From an uncultured Bacteroidia bacterium (GTDB taxonomy: Bacteria > UBA4055), in contig CAZYNH010000004.1 in the NCBI GenBank assembly GCA_964648295.1, positions 613 to 64,612 of the forward strand: a stretch of DNA of 64,000 bases, in the 5' to 3' direction. This document shows, one piece after another, positions 10,190 to 20,644 of the stretch; within the stretch, counting starts at the first letter, position 1, and every line of letters starts with the position of its first letter. The notes beneath the pieces were generated by a model. The model worked only from the letters and a program-made list of their open reading frames with translations. It did no database searches and was not told where the DNA came from. Made by a program: the position numbers and the translations under genes.

Positions 10190-11786
10190 CCCACCTATTG
10201 AGCGTAAAAATGAACCTTGTGCTTTTTCCTTTTTCGGACTCGGCCCGGATCATTCCGCCGTGCCTTTCAATTATCTTTTTTACGATCGCAAGGCCTATAC
10301 CCGTTCCCGGGTATTTGTCCTGCGAATGAAGCCTGTGAAATATTCGGAAAATATTTCCTGTATGTCTCAAGTCCATCCCGATTCCGTTATCTTCAACGGT
10401 TATTCTGACTTTTCCCTGAATTTCCGCCTCCTCAGCTTTTATATGAATTTCAGGAACTAATTCGGTCTTTCTAAATTTTATCGCATTTCCTAAAAGATTC
10501 TGAAACACGGAAATGATCTGCGATCTGTCACCGAGAACAACGGGAAGGCTGTCATAGCTGATCATCGCCCCGGTTTCGACAACAGACGATGATAGGTTTT
10601 TTAAAGCTTCCTTTACCGCTTCGTTCAGATCCACATTACCGAAAGGATCGCGCTGCGTGGTCACCCTCGAATAAGCCAGCAAACCCTGTATCTGGGCCTG
10701 CATTCTCTTGGCTCCGTCAACAGAATAGTTTATGTATGTTTTAGCCTCATCATTCAAAACAGATCCATATTTTTTAATAAGAAGGTCGCTGAATCCCGAC
10801 ACCATTCTCAAAGGCTCCTGAAGATCGTGCGAGACTGTATAGGCGAAGTCTTGAAGCTCCCTGTTGGAATTTTCGAGCTTTTTTTCGTACTCCTTAATTT
10901 CTGTTATATCTACAATCGCGCCTATCAGGCCCGTAATATTTTCCAGATGGTCAACAAGAGCGGCTTTGTGAAATACTACATTCCTGATTCCTCCGGACTT
11001 ATTAGCAAACTTCCACTCGTAGATCTGCGTTCCGCCTTTTTCAAAAAGTTCTTTGTCCATTTCATCGTATTTGAGAGCGATCTCTTCAGGGGCTATATCG
11101 TAAACGGTTTTTCCTATGATCTGATCTTCTTTCATTCCCAGCATTCTTGCGAATTCGCTGTTACAGCCCAGATACATTCCTTTTGAATCTTTATAGAATA
11201 TCGGAAGGGGTGCGTTGTTCAAAAGCGTTCTGAACAGCTCTCTGCTTTCCTCAAGCTTTATCCTGGCATCAACAAGTTCCGTTACATCTCTGAATACCCC
11301 GTAGCTGGAAACGAATTTACCGTCATCGTCGTAATTCGGACTTACTGTAACTTCAATAATTTTGGTATTTCCTTTGTTCGTTACTATCTTAAGTTCATAT
11401 TTTTCAGAAAAACCTTTTTTTCGATTTTCAGTACCTTTTTTGATCTTTTGCATTTCTTCCGAGTTGAGGAATTCGGATAAATTTTTCCCTATCAGATTTC
11501 TGCTTTCGCATTCGAATATGATCTCGGCCGCATTGTTCGCATATAAGAAAAATTCGTTCTCGTCTACAATGCCTATACCGTCTCCTACGGTTTCAACGAG
11601 CTTGTGATATTTTCTCTCTTTTTCGATCAGCTCTTTTTCTGCCGATATTCTTCTTTCAAGCTCCACCCTGTATGCCTTATTTTTCCTGATCAGATCCCTT
11701 CTGACGGACAGAAGCCAGATAAGAGACAGTACAAGTATAAGTGAAAGAAACATTTCTAAAAAAATGTGATCAGGGAAAATCGTCAT
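10176..11786 (-). CDS. Membrane-anchored PAS sensor histidine kinase
   Basis: N-terminal TM helix, two PAS regions, HisKA (YTVSHDLQEPLRMV), HATPase (VEDNGIGM, GTGIGLAIVKKI). 4-nt overlap with the upstream gene. Confidence 0.85.
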   Translation of the reverse strand: MTIFPDHIFLEMFLSLILVLSLIWLLSVRRDLIRKNKAYRVELERRISAEKELIEKERKYHKLVETVGDGIGIVDENEFFLYANNAAEIIFECESRNLIGKNLSEFLNSEEMQKIKKGTENRKKGFSEKYELKIVTNKGNTKIIEVTVSPNYDDDGKFVSSYGVFRDVTELVDARIKLEESRELFRTLLNNAPLPIFYKDSKGMYLGCNSEFARMLGMKEDQIIGKTVYDIAPEEIALKYDEMDKELFEKGGTQIYEWKFANKSGGIRNVVFHKAALVDHLENITGLIGAIVDITEIKEYEKKLENSNRELQDFAYTVSHDLQEPLRMVSGFSDLLIKKYGSVLNDEAKTYINYSVDGAKRMQAQIQGLLAYSRVTTQRDPFGNVDLNEAVKEALKNLSSSVVETGAMISYDSLPVVLGDRSQIISVFQNLLGNAIKFRKTELVPEIHIKAEEAEIQGKVRITVEDNGIGMDLRHTGNIFRIFHRLHSQDKYPGTGIGLAIVKKIIERHGGMIRAESEKGKSTRFIFTLNRWDENV

Positions 11787-13288
11787 ATATTTTTATCCTT
11801 CGCCGAATTTGGAATGCTGAATTTTAAAACAGCGCCTTTATTTTTGCCGTCCGATTCTGCCCATATCCTTCCGCCCTGTCTTTCGATTATTCTTTTACAA
11901 AGAGCGAGACCGATCCCGTCCCCGGGTTTATCAGCGGCTTCCGAGAGCCTTTTGAATATAACGAATACCTTTTCAATATCCTCCTCTTTGATCCCGATAC
12001 CGTTATCCTTTACATATATTATCACTTCATCACCCTGCGAATTTTTCAAGTCCGATCCTATCTCAATTAAACATTTTTCATCTTCTTTCCTGAATTTTAT
12101 CGCGTTCCCTATCAGGTTTTGAAAAACATGCGTGATCTGATCCGGTTCTACCATTACATCAGGAAGGTCTTTGTATCTGATCTCAGTCCCTGTTTCCTGA
12201 ATTGTCAAGTTGAGATTATAAACAGCATTCTTCAGAGGTATAGACAGATTGATCAGAGTCTTTTCTTTCTTTCTCGAACCGATCCTTGAGTATTCGAGAA
12301 GTCCTCTGACGAGATTCTGCATCCTTCTCGTGTTGGTTACAATATAATCAAGGTAACCCTTAGCTTCATCATTCAGCCTATGGGTATGTTTAAGTTCGAG
12401 AAGCTGCGAAAAACTCGATATGATCCTTAACGGTTCCTGAAGGTCATGCGATGCAATAAAAGCGAACTGCTCAAGCTCTTTGTTGGATGCCTCAAGTGCT
12501 TCCTTTTCCTTTATAAGTTCCTTCAGGAGCTGTTTTTTATCGGTTATGTCCTGCGACAGCTTTAAAAAATTCGTTATGTTTCCTTTATCGTCAAATATCG
12601 GTCCGACTGTTGCTCCTTCCCAGTAAAGTTCTCCGCTTTTCTTTCTGTTCCTGAACTCCCCTTTCCATATATTTCCGGATTTTATTACATCCCACAATTC
12701 TTTATACTCATTTTCGCTCATTTCTCCGGACTTCAGAATTTTGGGATTTTTGTAAATAACCTCTTTAAAAGTATAACCTGTAACCTGAGTAAAGCGCGGA
12801 TTCACATATTCGACATTTCCATTTGTATCGGTCATTAAGATAATGGACGGGCTCTGGTTGACCGCGGCAGTCAGTTTTAAAAGTTCCGAATGTTCTTTCG
12901 ACGCTTTTTTTCTATTCTCGTATTCTTTGATCTCTCTTTCTATCGTCGGCACAAGTTTCCTCAGCTTGTCTTTCATTATGAAATCATTTGCGTCGTTGCG
13001 CATGAGATCAACGGCTTTTTCTTCTCCTATAGTGCCTGAAACAAGTATAAAAGGTATCTCAGTATCTTTTTCCCGTAAAATCAAGAGAGCTTCCTCTCCG
13101 TTAATGTCGGGCAGATTAAAATCTGAAAGGACTATATCGGGTTGTTTTTCATTCAAAAATTTCCTGAATTCTTCTTTATTCTTACAAATAGAGATTTCTT
13201 TTTCAGTCTTGAGCTTTTTTAACTCATACAGCACAAGATCAAGGTCGCTCTCGTTGTCTTCAAGTATTAGTATGCGTATCTTATCCAT
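11783..13288 (-). CDS. Hybrid histidine kinase: REC - PAS - HisKA - HATPase_c
   Basis: REC (IRILILEDNESD, IVLSDFNLPDING), PAS (YVNPRFTQVTGYTFKEV), HisKA (IASHDLQEPLR), HATPase (VKDNGIGI, GDGIGLALCKRI). Confidence 0.85.
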   Translation of the reverse strand: MDKIRILILEDNESDLDLVLYELKKLKTEKEISICKNKEEFRKFLNEKQPDIVLSDFNLPDINGEEALLILREKDTEIPFILVSGTIGEEKAVDLMRNDANDFIMKDKLRKLVPTIEREIKEYENRKKASKEHSELLKLTAAVNQSPSIILMTDTNGNVEYVNPRFTQVTGYTFKEVIYKNPKILKSGEMSENEYKELWDVIKSGNIWKGEFRNRKKSGELYWEGATVGPIFDDKGNITNFLKLSQDITDKKQLLKELIKEKEALEASNKELEQFAFIASHDLQEPLRIISSFSQLLELKHTHRLNDEAKGYLDYIVTNTRRMQNLVRGLLEYSRIGSRKKEKTLINLSIPLKNAVYNLNLTIQETGTEIRYKDLPDVMVEPDQITHVFQNLIGNAIKFRKEDEKCLIEIGSDLKNSQGDEVIIYVKDNGIGIKEEDIEKVFVIFKRLSEAADKPGDGIGLALCKRIIERQGGRIWAESDGKNKGAVLKFSIPNSAKDKNI

Positions 13289-13296
13289 GAAATTCC

Positions 13297-13746
13297 TTAT
13301 TTCTGCACAGTTTTGTTCAGAACCATCCAGTAATAGCCGATTTCTTTTATCGAATTACTGAACTTGCTAAAATCAATAGGCTTGACAATGTAGCTGTTCA
13401 CTCCGAGTTCATAAGCACTAACGATATCTTTTTCCTCATTCGATGAAGTAAGCACGACCACAGGGATTTTTTTCGTCCGTTCATCTTTCCTGACGGCTCT
13501 TAAAACCTCTATCCCGTCAACTTTCGGCATTTTCAGATCAAGCAGGATGACTTTCGGCGGGCATTCGATATCCCTGCCTTCATATCTGCCTGTTCCAAAA
13601 ATGAACTCCAAAGCTTCCTCGCCGTCTTTTACCCTTAAAAGGTCATTGGCGAGTTTATGTTTCTTCAGCTCTCTTATAGCCAGTTCGGCCTCGTCATCAT
13701 TATCCTCGACCATCAGTACCATCACCTGCTTATACCCGTTCTTCAA
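13297..13746 (-). CDS. Single-domain response regulator (CheY/Rcp1-like receiver)
   Basis: VLMVEDNDDE, VILLDLKMPKVDG, VVVLTSSNEE, YIVKP. Confidence 0.85.
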   Translation of the reverse strand: MKNGYKQVMVLMVEDNDDEAELAIRELKKHKLANDLLRVKDGEEALEFIFGTGRYEGRDIECPPKVILLDLKMPKVDGIEVLRAVRKDERTKKIPVVVLTSSNEEKDIVSAYELGVNSYIVKPIDFSKFSNSIKEIGYYWMVLNKTVQK

Positions 13747-16733
13747 CTTTCACCTCCGTTTTTTTCCTCAAATGGAATTTTTATATAGAAAGTTGCCCCG
13801 TTACCGTTCTTACTTTCTGCGTCCAAGCTCCACCCGTGCTTTGCGGCCACTTTTGCCACTATTGACATTCCGACGCCCGTTCCGGGAAATTCCTCCGCGG
13901 TGTGGAGCCGTTGGAAAACTTCGAATATCTTGTGCTTATATTTCTCATCGAAACCGGCCCCGTTATCTTTTATCGATATAATATGAAATTTTCCGTCATT
14001 TTCATAATTAATTCTGATCCCGGCAACATCTTTTTTATTCGTAAATTTAACGGCATTTCCGATGATATTCTGGAACATCTGCATTACAAGCGTACGATCT
14101 GCCTGGATATCAGGGATTTTTTCATTAACCGAAAAATCGAATTTCCTGTCCTTTTCTCCGTCCGTTACCTCCTCAAATATCTTTTTAAGAAGACTGACCG
14201 TATTGATCTTCTGCGGTTTTATAGTGCTTCTCCCCACTCTCGAATACTCGAGCAGGTCGTCAATAAGCCTCTGCATTTTAGATGTATTATCCACTATCTT
14301 CTGCATATATCTCTTGCCCTCGTCGTCAAGGTCTTTGCAGTAATCATCTTTAAGAATATTAGCGAAACCGAGAATTGCCCGTAAAGGCGCTCTTAGGTCG
14401 TGAGATACAGAGTAGCTGAAGGCCTCAAGTTCTTTGTTCGCGGCGGTCAGCTTGGCATTGATTTTCTCAAGTTCGCTTCTCGCTTCATTAACATCTTCGA
14501 GTAGTATAACCAGAGATTCCTGAGCTGAAGTAAGTTCCCTGTTCTGCTTTTCGAGCCTTGCTGTCCTTTCCCTGACTTTTTCTTCCAGTTCGGCATTAAG
14601 CTTTTTTAATTCTTCCTGCGCATTTTTTCTCTCTTTAATTTCACTATTTACATCTTTAAGGATATTGAGCATTGCTGCTTTATTTTTTTCAAGTTCTTTA
14701 AGATAAGCATCAATCCTTAATTCATCTTTCTTCCTTTCTGAAATATCTGAAAAAATTGTGATAGTTCTTTCATCTCCGTTAGAGTCCAGATAAATATTTG
14801 ATGTGAGCATGAGCGGGATTTTACCTCCGCTTTTTCCTAATGCGTTTATTTCACCTCTAAAAGATCCTTTTTTACTTCTGATCTCGAGTGATTCAATGAA
14901 AGCAGGGTCTTTTATGTCAAACAGCTTGTCTCTTCCAAGTTCAGTAATCTCCTTCTCAGACCTTCCGAGAATCCTGCAGGCTTCAGGATTCGCACTCAGG
15001 ATCGTCCCGTCAGGCCTGGTCATAAATATACCTTCGCTTGCCGAATCGAACACCTGACGGTATTTTTCCTCGCTTTCCTTTAGAAGAATATTCTTCTGTT
15101 TGAGTTCTGTTTCGTTTAAGATCAACAGCTCTTCGGCTATTCTCCTTGTCTCGATCTCCTCTCTCAGTTCTTTTGTTTTCTTAGTGACCTGATCATTTAA
15201 TGACCTGTTCCAGAAAACGAAAATAGCAATAACAACAATTGCCGGTATCAAAAAGAAAAGTAAATACTTTATGATCTCCTTTAGGCTCAAAGGTTTTTCA
15301 GGTCCGTAGGTTCCGAACCATTTTATATGTATATTCCTTATTTCTCCGGATGTTTTAAGATTGTTGATGGCGTTGTTTATATTGCTTAAGAGCACACTAT
15401 TGCCCTTTTTCACGGCATAGCAGAATTCAGCGCTGTGTATATTTTCCCCGCCGTAAACAATACCGGGAAGTTCCTTTTTATTGATTACATACATAGCAGT
15501 TAGGTACGAAAGCAGGGCATACTCAGCATCACCGGATATAAGCATCATAAGAGCTTCTTCATGCGAACCGGCAATTTTCAGATTTTCACCTAACCCTGCA
15601 AGAACAGCCTTTTCGTGCATAATGTCGCTGTTTTCAACGGCGGTATATTTATCTTTCAGATCATTTATTGAACGGGGTATCGTCGTTCCTTTTTTAGCGA
15701 AGATCTTGTATGAAGAAACTGCGAAAGGAACGGAAAAATCCATGTATTCCGCTCTTATATCTGAGTATAAGATCCCATGTATCGCGTCATATTCACCCCG
15801 TCTGAAATTTTCCATCAGTCCTGACCACTTTTCGAGCCTGAGATCAAGAAGCAATCCAAGCTCTTTTGCCATAGCCCGCGATATATCAACATCAGGACCG
15901 GAGGCATTTCCTTTTTCATCAATAAAACTGTACGGATGGTAATTGGAGTCACCGGCAATGATTATCGTCTGTTTTCCGATCTCGAATGAAGGAGTGAACC
16001 ATTTTTCATGGAGTTTATCGTATGTGCCGTTTAAAATAACAATCGAAAGTCCTTCATTTATTTCTTCGAGAAGTCGTTTATCACCTTTTCTTACAGCAAA
16101 GCAGAATTTCTGTTGGAAGTCGTCTATACTTATATCTAGCGGTTCAATATTTTTGATGCCCAGATCATTTATCATACTCAAGCCCATTACTTTCTGGGTA
16201 ACGACTATATCGCATCCGCCTTCGGAAAGTAAACGGAAGGCATCTTCAAATTTTGAAACTGTGATAATACTGTCGGACAGCTTTACCCTTCGCGCAAACT
16301 CCTCGGCATTATCGCCTTTCATCACGGCGAGGACAGCTTTTTTTAAGCCATCTCTATTTTTGAACCCGGTCCCGTCACTCCTCGCAAAGACAGCTCCGTG
16401 ATAGATCATATAAGGAAATGTAAAATCGTAAAAAGGTTCTCTTTCCGGTGTTCTGCCGACGAGAGGGAGCACATCAAGTTTACCGTCAGCAAGCTCCTGT
16501 TTAATAATATTCCACTCGTCCACTTTAAAAGTAATTTCATGCTTCGCAGCTTCGCAGGTCGCCTTAAGCAGTTCAACAGAAAACCCGCCGGCCGTTCCGT
16601 CCGGATTTATTATACAAAAAGGCGGATAGTCATACTCGGAAGCTGATCTTAAAATCTCTGATCCCGCTTTCTGACCGAACAGTGCCGAGATCAGCACGAT
16701 TAGGTATAAAAAAGATCCGTATTTCCTGCGCAT
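13743..16733 (-). CDS. Sensor histidine kinase with two periplasmic solute-binding (SBP family 3-like) domains, TM helix, PAS, coiled coil, HisKA, HATPase_c
   Basis: Signal peptide; duplicated SBP_bac_3-like segments (EYDYPPFCIINPDGTAGGFSVEL and GDSNYHPYSFIDEKGNASGPDVDI); TM helix; PAS; HisKA (YSVSHDLRAPLR); HATPase (IKDNGAGF, GTGVGMSIVAKV). Confidence 0.85.
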   Translation of the reverse strand: MRRKYGSFLYLIVLISALFGQKAGSEILRSASEYDYPPFCIINPDGTAGGFSVELLKATCEAAKHEITFKVDEWNIIKQELADGKLDVLPLVGRTPEREPFYDFTFPYMIYHGAVFARSDGTGFKNRDGLKKAVLAVMKGDNAEEFARRVKLSDSIITVSKFEDAFRLLSEGGCDIVVTQKVMGLSMINDLGIKNIEPLDISIDDFQQKFCFAVRKGDKRLLEEINEGLSIVILNGTYDKLHEKWFTPSFEIGKQTIIIAGDSNYHPYSFIDEKGNASGPDVDISRAMAKELGLLLDLRLEKWSGLMENFRRGEYDAIHGILYSDIRAEYMDFSVPFAVSSYKIFAKKGTTIPRSINDLKDKYTAVENSDIMHEKAVLAGLGENLKIAGSHEEALMMLISGDAEYALLSYLTAMYVINKKELPGIVYGGENIHSAEFCYAVKKGNSVLLSNINNAINNLKTSGEIRNIHIKWFGTYGPEKPLSLKEIIKYLLFFLIPAIVVIAIFVFWNRSLNDQVTKKTKELREEIETRRIAEELLILNETELKQKNILLKESEEKYRQVFDSASEGIFMTRPDGTILSANPEACRILGRSEKEITELGRDKLFDIKDPAFIESLEIRSKKGSFRGEINALGKSGGKIPLMLTSNIYLDSNGDERTITIFSDISERKKDELRIDAYLKELEKNKAAMLNILKDVNSEIKERKNAQEELKKLNAELEEKVRERTARLEKQNRELTSAQESLVILLEDVNEARSELEKINAKLTAANKELEAFSYSVSHDLRAPLRAILGFANILKDDYCKDLDDEGKRYMQKIVDNTSKMQRLIDDLLEYSRVGRSTIKPQKINTVSLLKKIFEEVTDGEKDRKFDFSVNEKIPDIQADRTLVMQMFQNIIGNAVKFTNKKDVAGIRINYENDGKFHIISIKDNGAGFDEKYKHKIFEVFQRLHTAEEFPGTGVGMSIVAKVAAKHGWSLDAESKNGNGATFYIKIPFEEKNGGES

Positions 16734-16745
16734 CAGCGCACCTCT

Positions 16746-18284
16746 CTAATACTTAGGCTCTTTTCCCGCTTCTTTCAGAAGCTTATTTATCTCTTCCTTC
16801 AGTTCGGTCATTCTGATCTCCCTGTCAACCATAAGTTCGTTGAACTTTCTAAGCTCTTCTGCTTTGGCAATAAGATCATCATGTGCTATTTTTCTTTTGG
16901 ATATGTCTTCAAAAACAACGGCAAATTCATTTTCCCGTGTCCTGTACGCATAAACTTTGTACCATTTCTTGAGTACGGACGAATAATTCTCAAAAGTTTC
17001 GGGAATACCTGATCTTGTTATTTCGGCATACTTTTCTATCCAAAAATCCTCAACACCCGGCAAAATTTCTTTACAATTTCTGCCAACTACCTTTTCTCTT
17101 ACCAGTCCCGTCATTCTCTCAAAGCTCGGATTTATCTCAATGAACCTGTAGTCAACAGGATTACCGTTTTCATCGTAGATCATTTCATGGACTGCCATAG
17201 CAAGTTCCATTTCGTTTATCATAGCTCTGATCTTTTCATCACTTTCGGCTTTCAGCTTTAAATAGTCTGAAATGTCCTTTCCAATTCCTATGAGACACAC
17301 CTCTTCTTCCATATTTACGGTTTTTGCAGAAAATAATGCTTTGAATTCTTCATCGTTTCTTTTTAGTCTGACTTCCGCATTATTGATTTCGCCCTTTTCT
17401 TCCATTATATCTACGATATTTTCTCTTTGTCTGACATCCGCCCAGATATTTAACTCAGGTGTTTTCTTGCCGATAACGGTTTTATCAAAATTGAATAAAT
17501 CATAAAAACTACGATTGGCATTCAGTATCAGTCCGTCAGATAATCTCGTCAGAGTAACAGGATCAGGTATTGTGTTGAAAAGAAGCTCGAAGTGTTCCTT
17601 TGATATTCGCAATTCTTCGGATACTTTTTCATTTACAAGAACAATATAACCGAAAGTCCATATTATACTAACTACAAGACCTGATGAAAATGATAATAGA
17701 TTGACAGGATGAGAATCGAACATATCCTTCAGATCATAAAGATTGTTTACAACAGCGTATAGTCTAAGTACCAGTACTGCTGAATAAATGATAAAAGTAA
17801 ACGAAAGCAGTTTTTGAAGCTTCTTCCTTTTTCCTGAATTTTTATAAAGGCTCAACCCCACTAAAATTGAATATACGAGCAGATATAAATTGACAGTAAA
17901 AGATCTGATAGCAAGATCGTCTTTAAAAAAACTGAAAAATACGAGTACAAATAAATAGACCGCTGAAGTTATTATGATCGACCGGTAATTACGCGGTAAT
18001 CCGAGATATTTTAGAGTACCCAGATACAAGGATATGATCGCTGATAAAAGAAATGTGTTTTGAAAGACTACCACAAAGTTAAAAATGCTTTGAAAATCCC
18101 TGAAAAACATGACAGAGAATCCTAATGATTCGAAAATGCTCCACAGAAGCCAGTATTTAATGTCTTTATAATTTTTATTGTGTTTCAGCTGATGTGAAAA
18201 GACCACGATCTGAATTAACCGTGTAAGAACCATTATCATTATGATCGTCTTTATGTCCGGAACCATGATCGTTACCCCAAGCAT
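16746..18284 (-). CDS. Polytopic membrane PAS sensor protein with no output domain
   Basis: About six N-terminal TM helices, two PAS-like regions, then a C-terminal coiled-coil stub (LMVDREIRMTELKEEINKLLKEAGKEPKY). No HisKA or HATPase. Confidence 0.6.
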   Translation of the reverse strand: MLGVTIMVPDIKTIIMIMVLTRLIQIVVFSHQLKHNKNYKDIKYWLLWSIFESLGFSVMFFRDFQSIFNFVVVFQNTFLLSAIISLYLGTLKYLGLPRNYRSIIITSAVYLFVLVFFSFFKDDLAIRSFTVNLYLLVYSILVGLSLYKNSGKRKKLQKLLSFTFIIYSAVLVLRLYAVVNNLYDLKDMFDSHPVNLLSFSSGLVVSIIWTFGYIVLVNEKVSEELRISKEHFELLFNTIPDPVTLTRLSDGLILNANRSFYDLFNFDKTVIGKKTPELNIWADVRQRENIVDIMEEKGEINNAEVRLKRNDEEFKALFSAKTVNMEEEVCLIGIGKDISDYLKLKAESDEKIRAMINEMELAMAVHEMIYDENGNPVDYRFIEINPSFERMTGLVREKVVGRNCKEILPGVEDFWIEKYAEITRSGIPETFENYSSVLKKWYKVYAYRTRENEFAVVFEDISKRKIAHDDLIAKAEELRKFNELMVDREIRMTELKEEINKLLKEAGKEPKY

Positions 18285-18323
18285 TTGTTATATCTCGCTT
18301 AGCTTTATTTCCTGCATTAAGAA

Positions 18324-20195
18324 TCAAATATCATATTTTTCTTCCTTACCCAGTTCTTTTAAAAGTTCGTTCACTTCCTTTTTGAGTTCGATCATCTTCA
18401 ATTCTCTTCCGACCATAAGAGAATTCATTTCTGTGAGCTCATAGTTCTTTTTTCTCATTTCCTCTTTATAAGCTTTTTCTTCGGTAATGTCTCTTGCTGA
18501 AGATATTCCGCCAAGAATATTTCCTTTTTCATCTTTATTGACTTTACACCACCATGCCAGCAATCTGACTTTGCCGTCTTTTCTTCTCTGATAGCTTTCT
18601 ACATAGATAACATCCTCCTTACCCCTGAATAACGGCTCGACCATGTCATAAGTATTTTGCTCACCCTCAAAATAATAGGATGCTTCCTTTCCGATAACAT
18701 CGTCCCCGAAGAATTCGTATCCTGCTTTATTCGCCCATGTGTATAGCTTATTATTATCAACTTCCATTATAATTTCAGGTACAGTTTCAAGAACAGCGCT
18801 ATGTTTAAATGCTAAACTCATCAGACTTTCTTCCGCAGCTTTTTGCTCGGTAATATCTCTGAATACACAATATGTTTGTTTGAATCTGCCGCTGAAATCA
18901 TAAGCCACAACACCTTCAAATATGACATTTATATAGTCACCGGATTTTTTTTTAAGAGTGAAATGAATATCGTTAACAGTTCCTGAAACTTTAAATTGAG
19001 GAAAACGATTCCTGAAAGTTTCGATCATGTCTGGATGAAGCAGATCTCCGAACCATTTTCCGATAACATCCTCCCTGTTATATCCCAGTATAGAAAGCCA
19101 TTTCGGATTTACATCTATGATCAGACCGTTCTCATCAAGAGACTGATACGGAACGGGAGCATAGTCATACAGGGATTTGAACTTTTTTTCGCTTTCAATC
19201 AGTTCGTTCTCCATGATCTTAAATTTCGTTATTTCTGTTGTCATTCCGCAGACACCCGAAATGATACCGTTTTCTTCTGTTACAGGAAACTTTACTGATA
19301 GAAAATATTTTTTACCATCACCAGTTTCTAAGATTTCTTCAATTTCGACAGCTTTTCCCGATTTAAGTACATTCATATCATTATTATAAAATCTATCCGC
19401 ATTCTCTTTTGAAAAAACTTCATGATCTGTTTTTCCGATCACGTTCTCACGCCTCAGACCGGTGGCCTCTTCCCATCTGCCGTTGATTAAAAGGTATTTG
19501 CCATTCTTTTCCTTTACGAATACCAGTGCGCCGCTGTTCTCGATTAGTTCGGAAAGGAATCTTTCATTTTTCTTAATACGGTTTACATATCCTGCTTTTT
19601 CCAGGTTGTCTGAAATGATCTTGCCTATCAGGATAGTGGCTATCGGATAGATTGTTATTACCGGCAAAGCGAGATTCTCGATCGTTTTCCATACCGCATC
19701 TTTCGGTAAAGTGAACATCAGAAGAATCATTGCGGCGTGTACAATTATTCCCAATAGAAGGAGTATGGTAACGCTTAACTTGTGACCTTTACGGTAAATT
19801 CTGTAATGGAACAGCAGCCCTATGATCGCCGATGCTGATATGACAGAGACTCCCATTACTGCCCCGCCGCCTCCCATTTGAATGCGAAATAGAGCAGCCA
19901 TAACTGCGCTAATTAAGGCTGATACGGGTCCGAAGAACAGTGCACACAAGCTGATCACTACCGATCTGCCGTCAAAAATTATGCCGGGCGCGAAATTAAC
20001 CGGATAAAGCAGGCCTATTACGGCGACCGAACCGAAGAGCAGGCCGTGGAGTACCGATTTTTGAATATCGGAAATTTTCTCCCTCTGCCCGATAAATGCC
20101 GTGACTACGCTCAAAGCCACCAGCAGCGAAAGGTTATATGTAAGCTGCAGAAATATCATACCGGCACTTCCAAGAATACTAAAATTAATCCTCAC
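18324..20195 (-). CDS. Membrane sensor with 5TMR-LYT-like N-terminus and about three PAS domains, no output domain
   Basis: Five TM helices with a GxxFDGR-type motif (IIFDGRSVV) as I recall for LytS/YhcK-type receptors; PAS regions; C-terminal stub (LMVGRELKMIELKKEVNELLKELGKEEKY) homologous to the tail of the previous gene. Confidence 0.6.
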   Translation of the reverse strand: MRINFSILGSAGMIFLQLTYNLSLLVALSVVTAFIGQREKISDIQKSVLHGLLFGSVAVIGLLYPVNFAPGIIFDGRSVVISLCALFFGPVSALISAVMAALFRIQMGGGGAVMGVSVISASAIIGLLFHYRIYRKGHKLSVTILLLLGIIVHAAMILLMFTLPKDAVWKTIENLALPVITIYPIATILIGKIISDNLEKAGYVNRIKKNERFLSELIENSGALVFVKEKNGKYLLINGRWEEATGLRRENVIGKTDHEVFSKENADRFYNNDMNVLKSGKAVEIEEILETGDGKKYFLSVKFPVTEENGIISGVCGMTTEITKFKIMENELIESEKKFKSLYDYAPVPYQSLDENGLIIDVNPKWLSILGYNREDVIGKWFGDLLHPDMIETFRNRFPQFKVSGTVNDIHFTLKKKSGDYINVIFEGVVAYDFSGRFKQTYCVFRDITEQKAAEESLMSLAFKHSAVLETVPEIIMEVDNNKLYTWANKAGYEFFGDDVIGKEASYYFEGEQNTYDMVEPLFRGKEDVIYVESYQRRKDGKVRLLAWWCKVNKDEKGNILGGISSARDITEEKAYKEEMRKKNYELTEMNSLMVGRELKMIELKKEVNELLKELGKEEKYDI

Positions 20196-20199
20196 TTGA

Positions 20200-20643
20200 T
20201 TACGCTTCGCTTATCTCCGGATTCTCCTCGTTCAGAATACCCCAGAAGTATCCTATACTTTTGACAGCTTTAAAGTACTGATCGATATCTATAGGCTTGA
20301 CCACATAAGCTGACGCGCCGGCCTGATAAGATTCGATCACATCATGTTCGTAATTTGATGAACTGAACATTACGACCGGGATCTTTTTTAAAATTTCGTC
20401 CCTTTTGACTTCTTTTAAAAATTCGACGCCGTCCATTCTCGGCATCTTTTTGTCGAGTATTATGACAGCAGGATTTTCGGGCTGCCTGCCTTCGAACTTC
20501 CCCTTTCTTAAAAGGAAGTCGATCCCTTCAGCGCCGTCGCTGATTACAGCGATCATTCCTTTAAAACCCTCTCTCAAAGCCCTGACCGTAAGCTCCACAT
20601 CATTCTGATCATCTTCGATCAGCAGGATGAATTTTGAGTTCAT
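20200..20643 (-). CDS. Single-domain response regulator (CheY/Rcp1-like receiver)
   Basis: ILLIEDDQNDVE, VIILDKKMPRMDG, VVMFSSSNYE, YVVKP. Confidence 0.85.
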   Translation of the reverse strand: MNSKFILLIEDDQNDVELTVRALREGFKGMIAVISDGAEGIDFLLRKGKFEGRQPENPAVIILDKKMPRMDGVEFLKEVKRDEILKKIPVVMFSSSNYEHDVIESYQAGASAYVVKPIDIDQYFKAVKSIGYFWGILNEENPEISEA

Positions 20644-20644
20644 T

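Noticed and set aside
9928-10460. Plus-strand ORFs 9928..10329, 10170..10460 and 10217..10408
   Set aside because: Antisense to the response regulator and kinase genes on the minus strand; Pro/Ser/Arg-rich translations without domain features.
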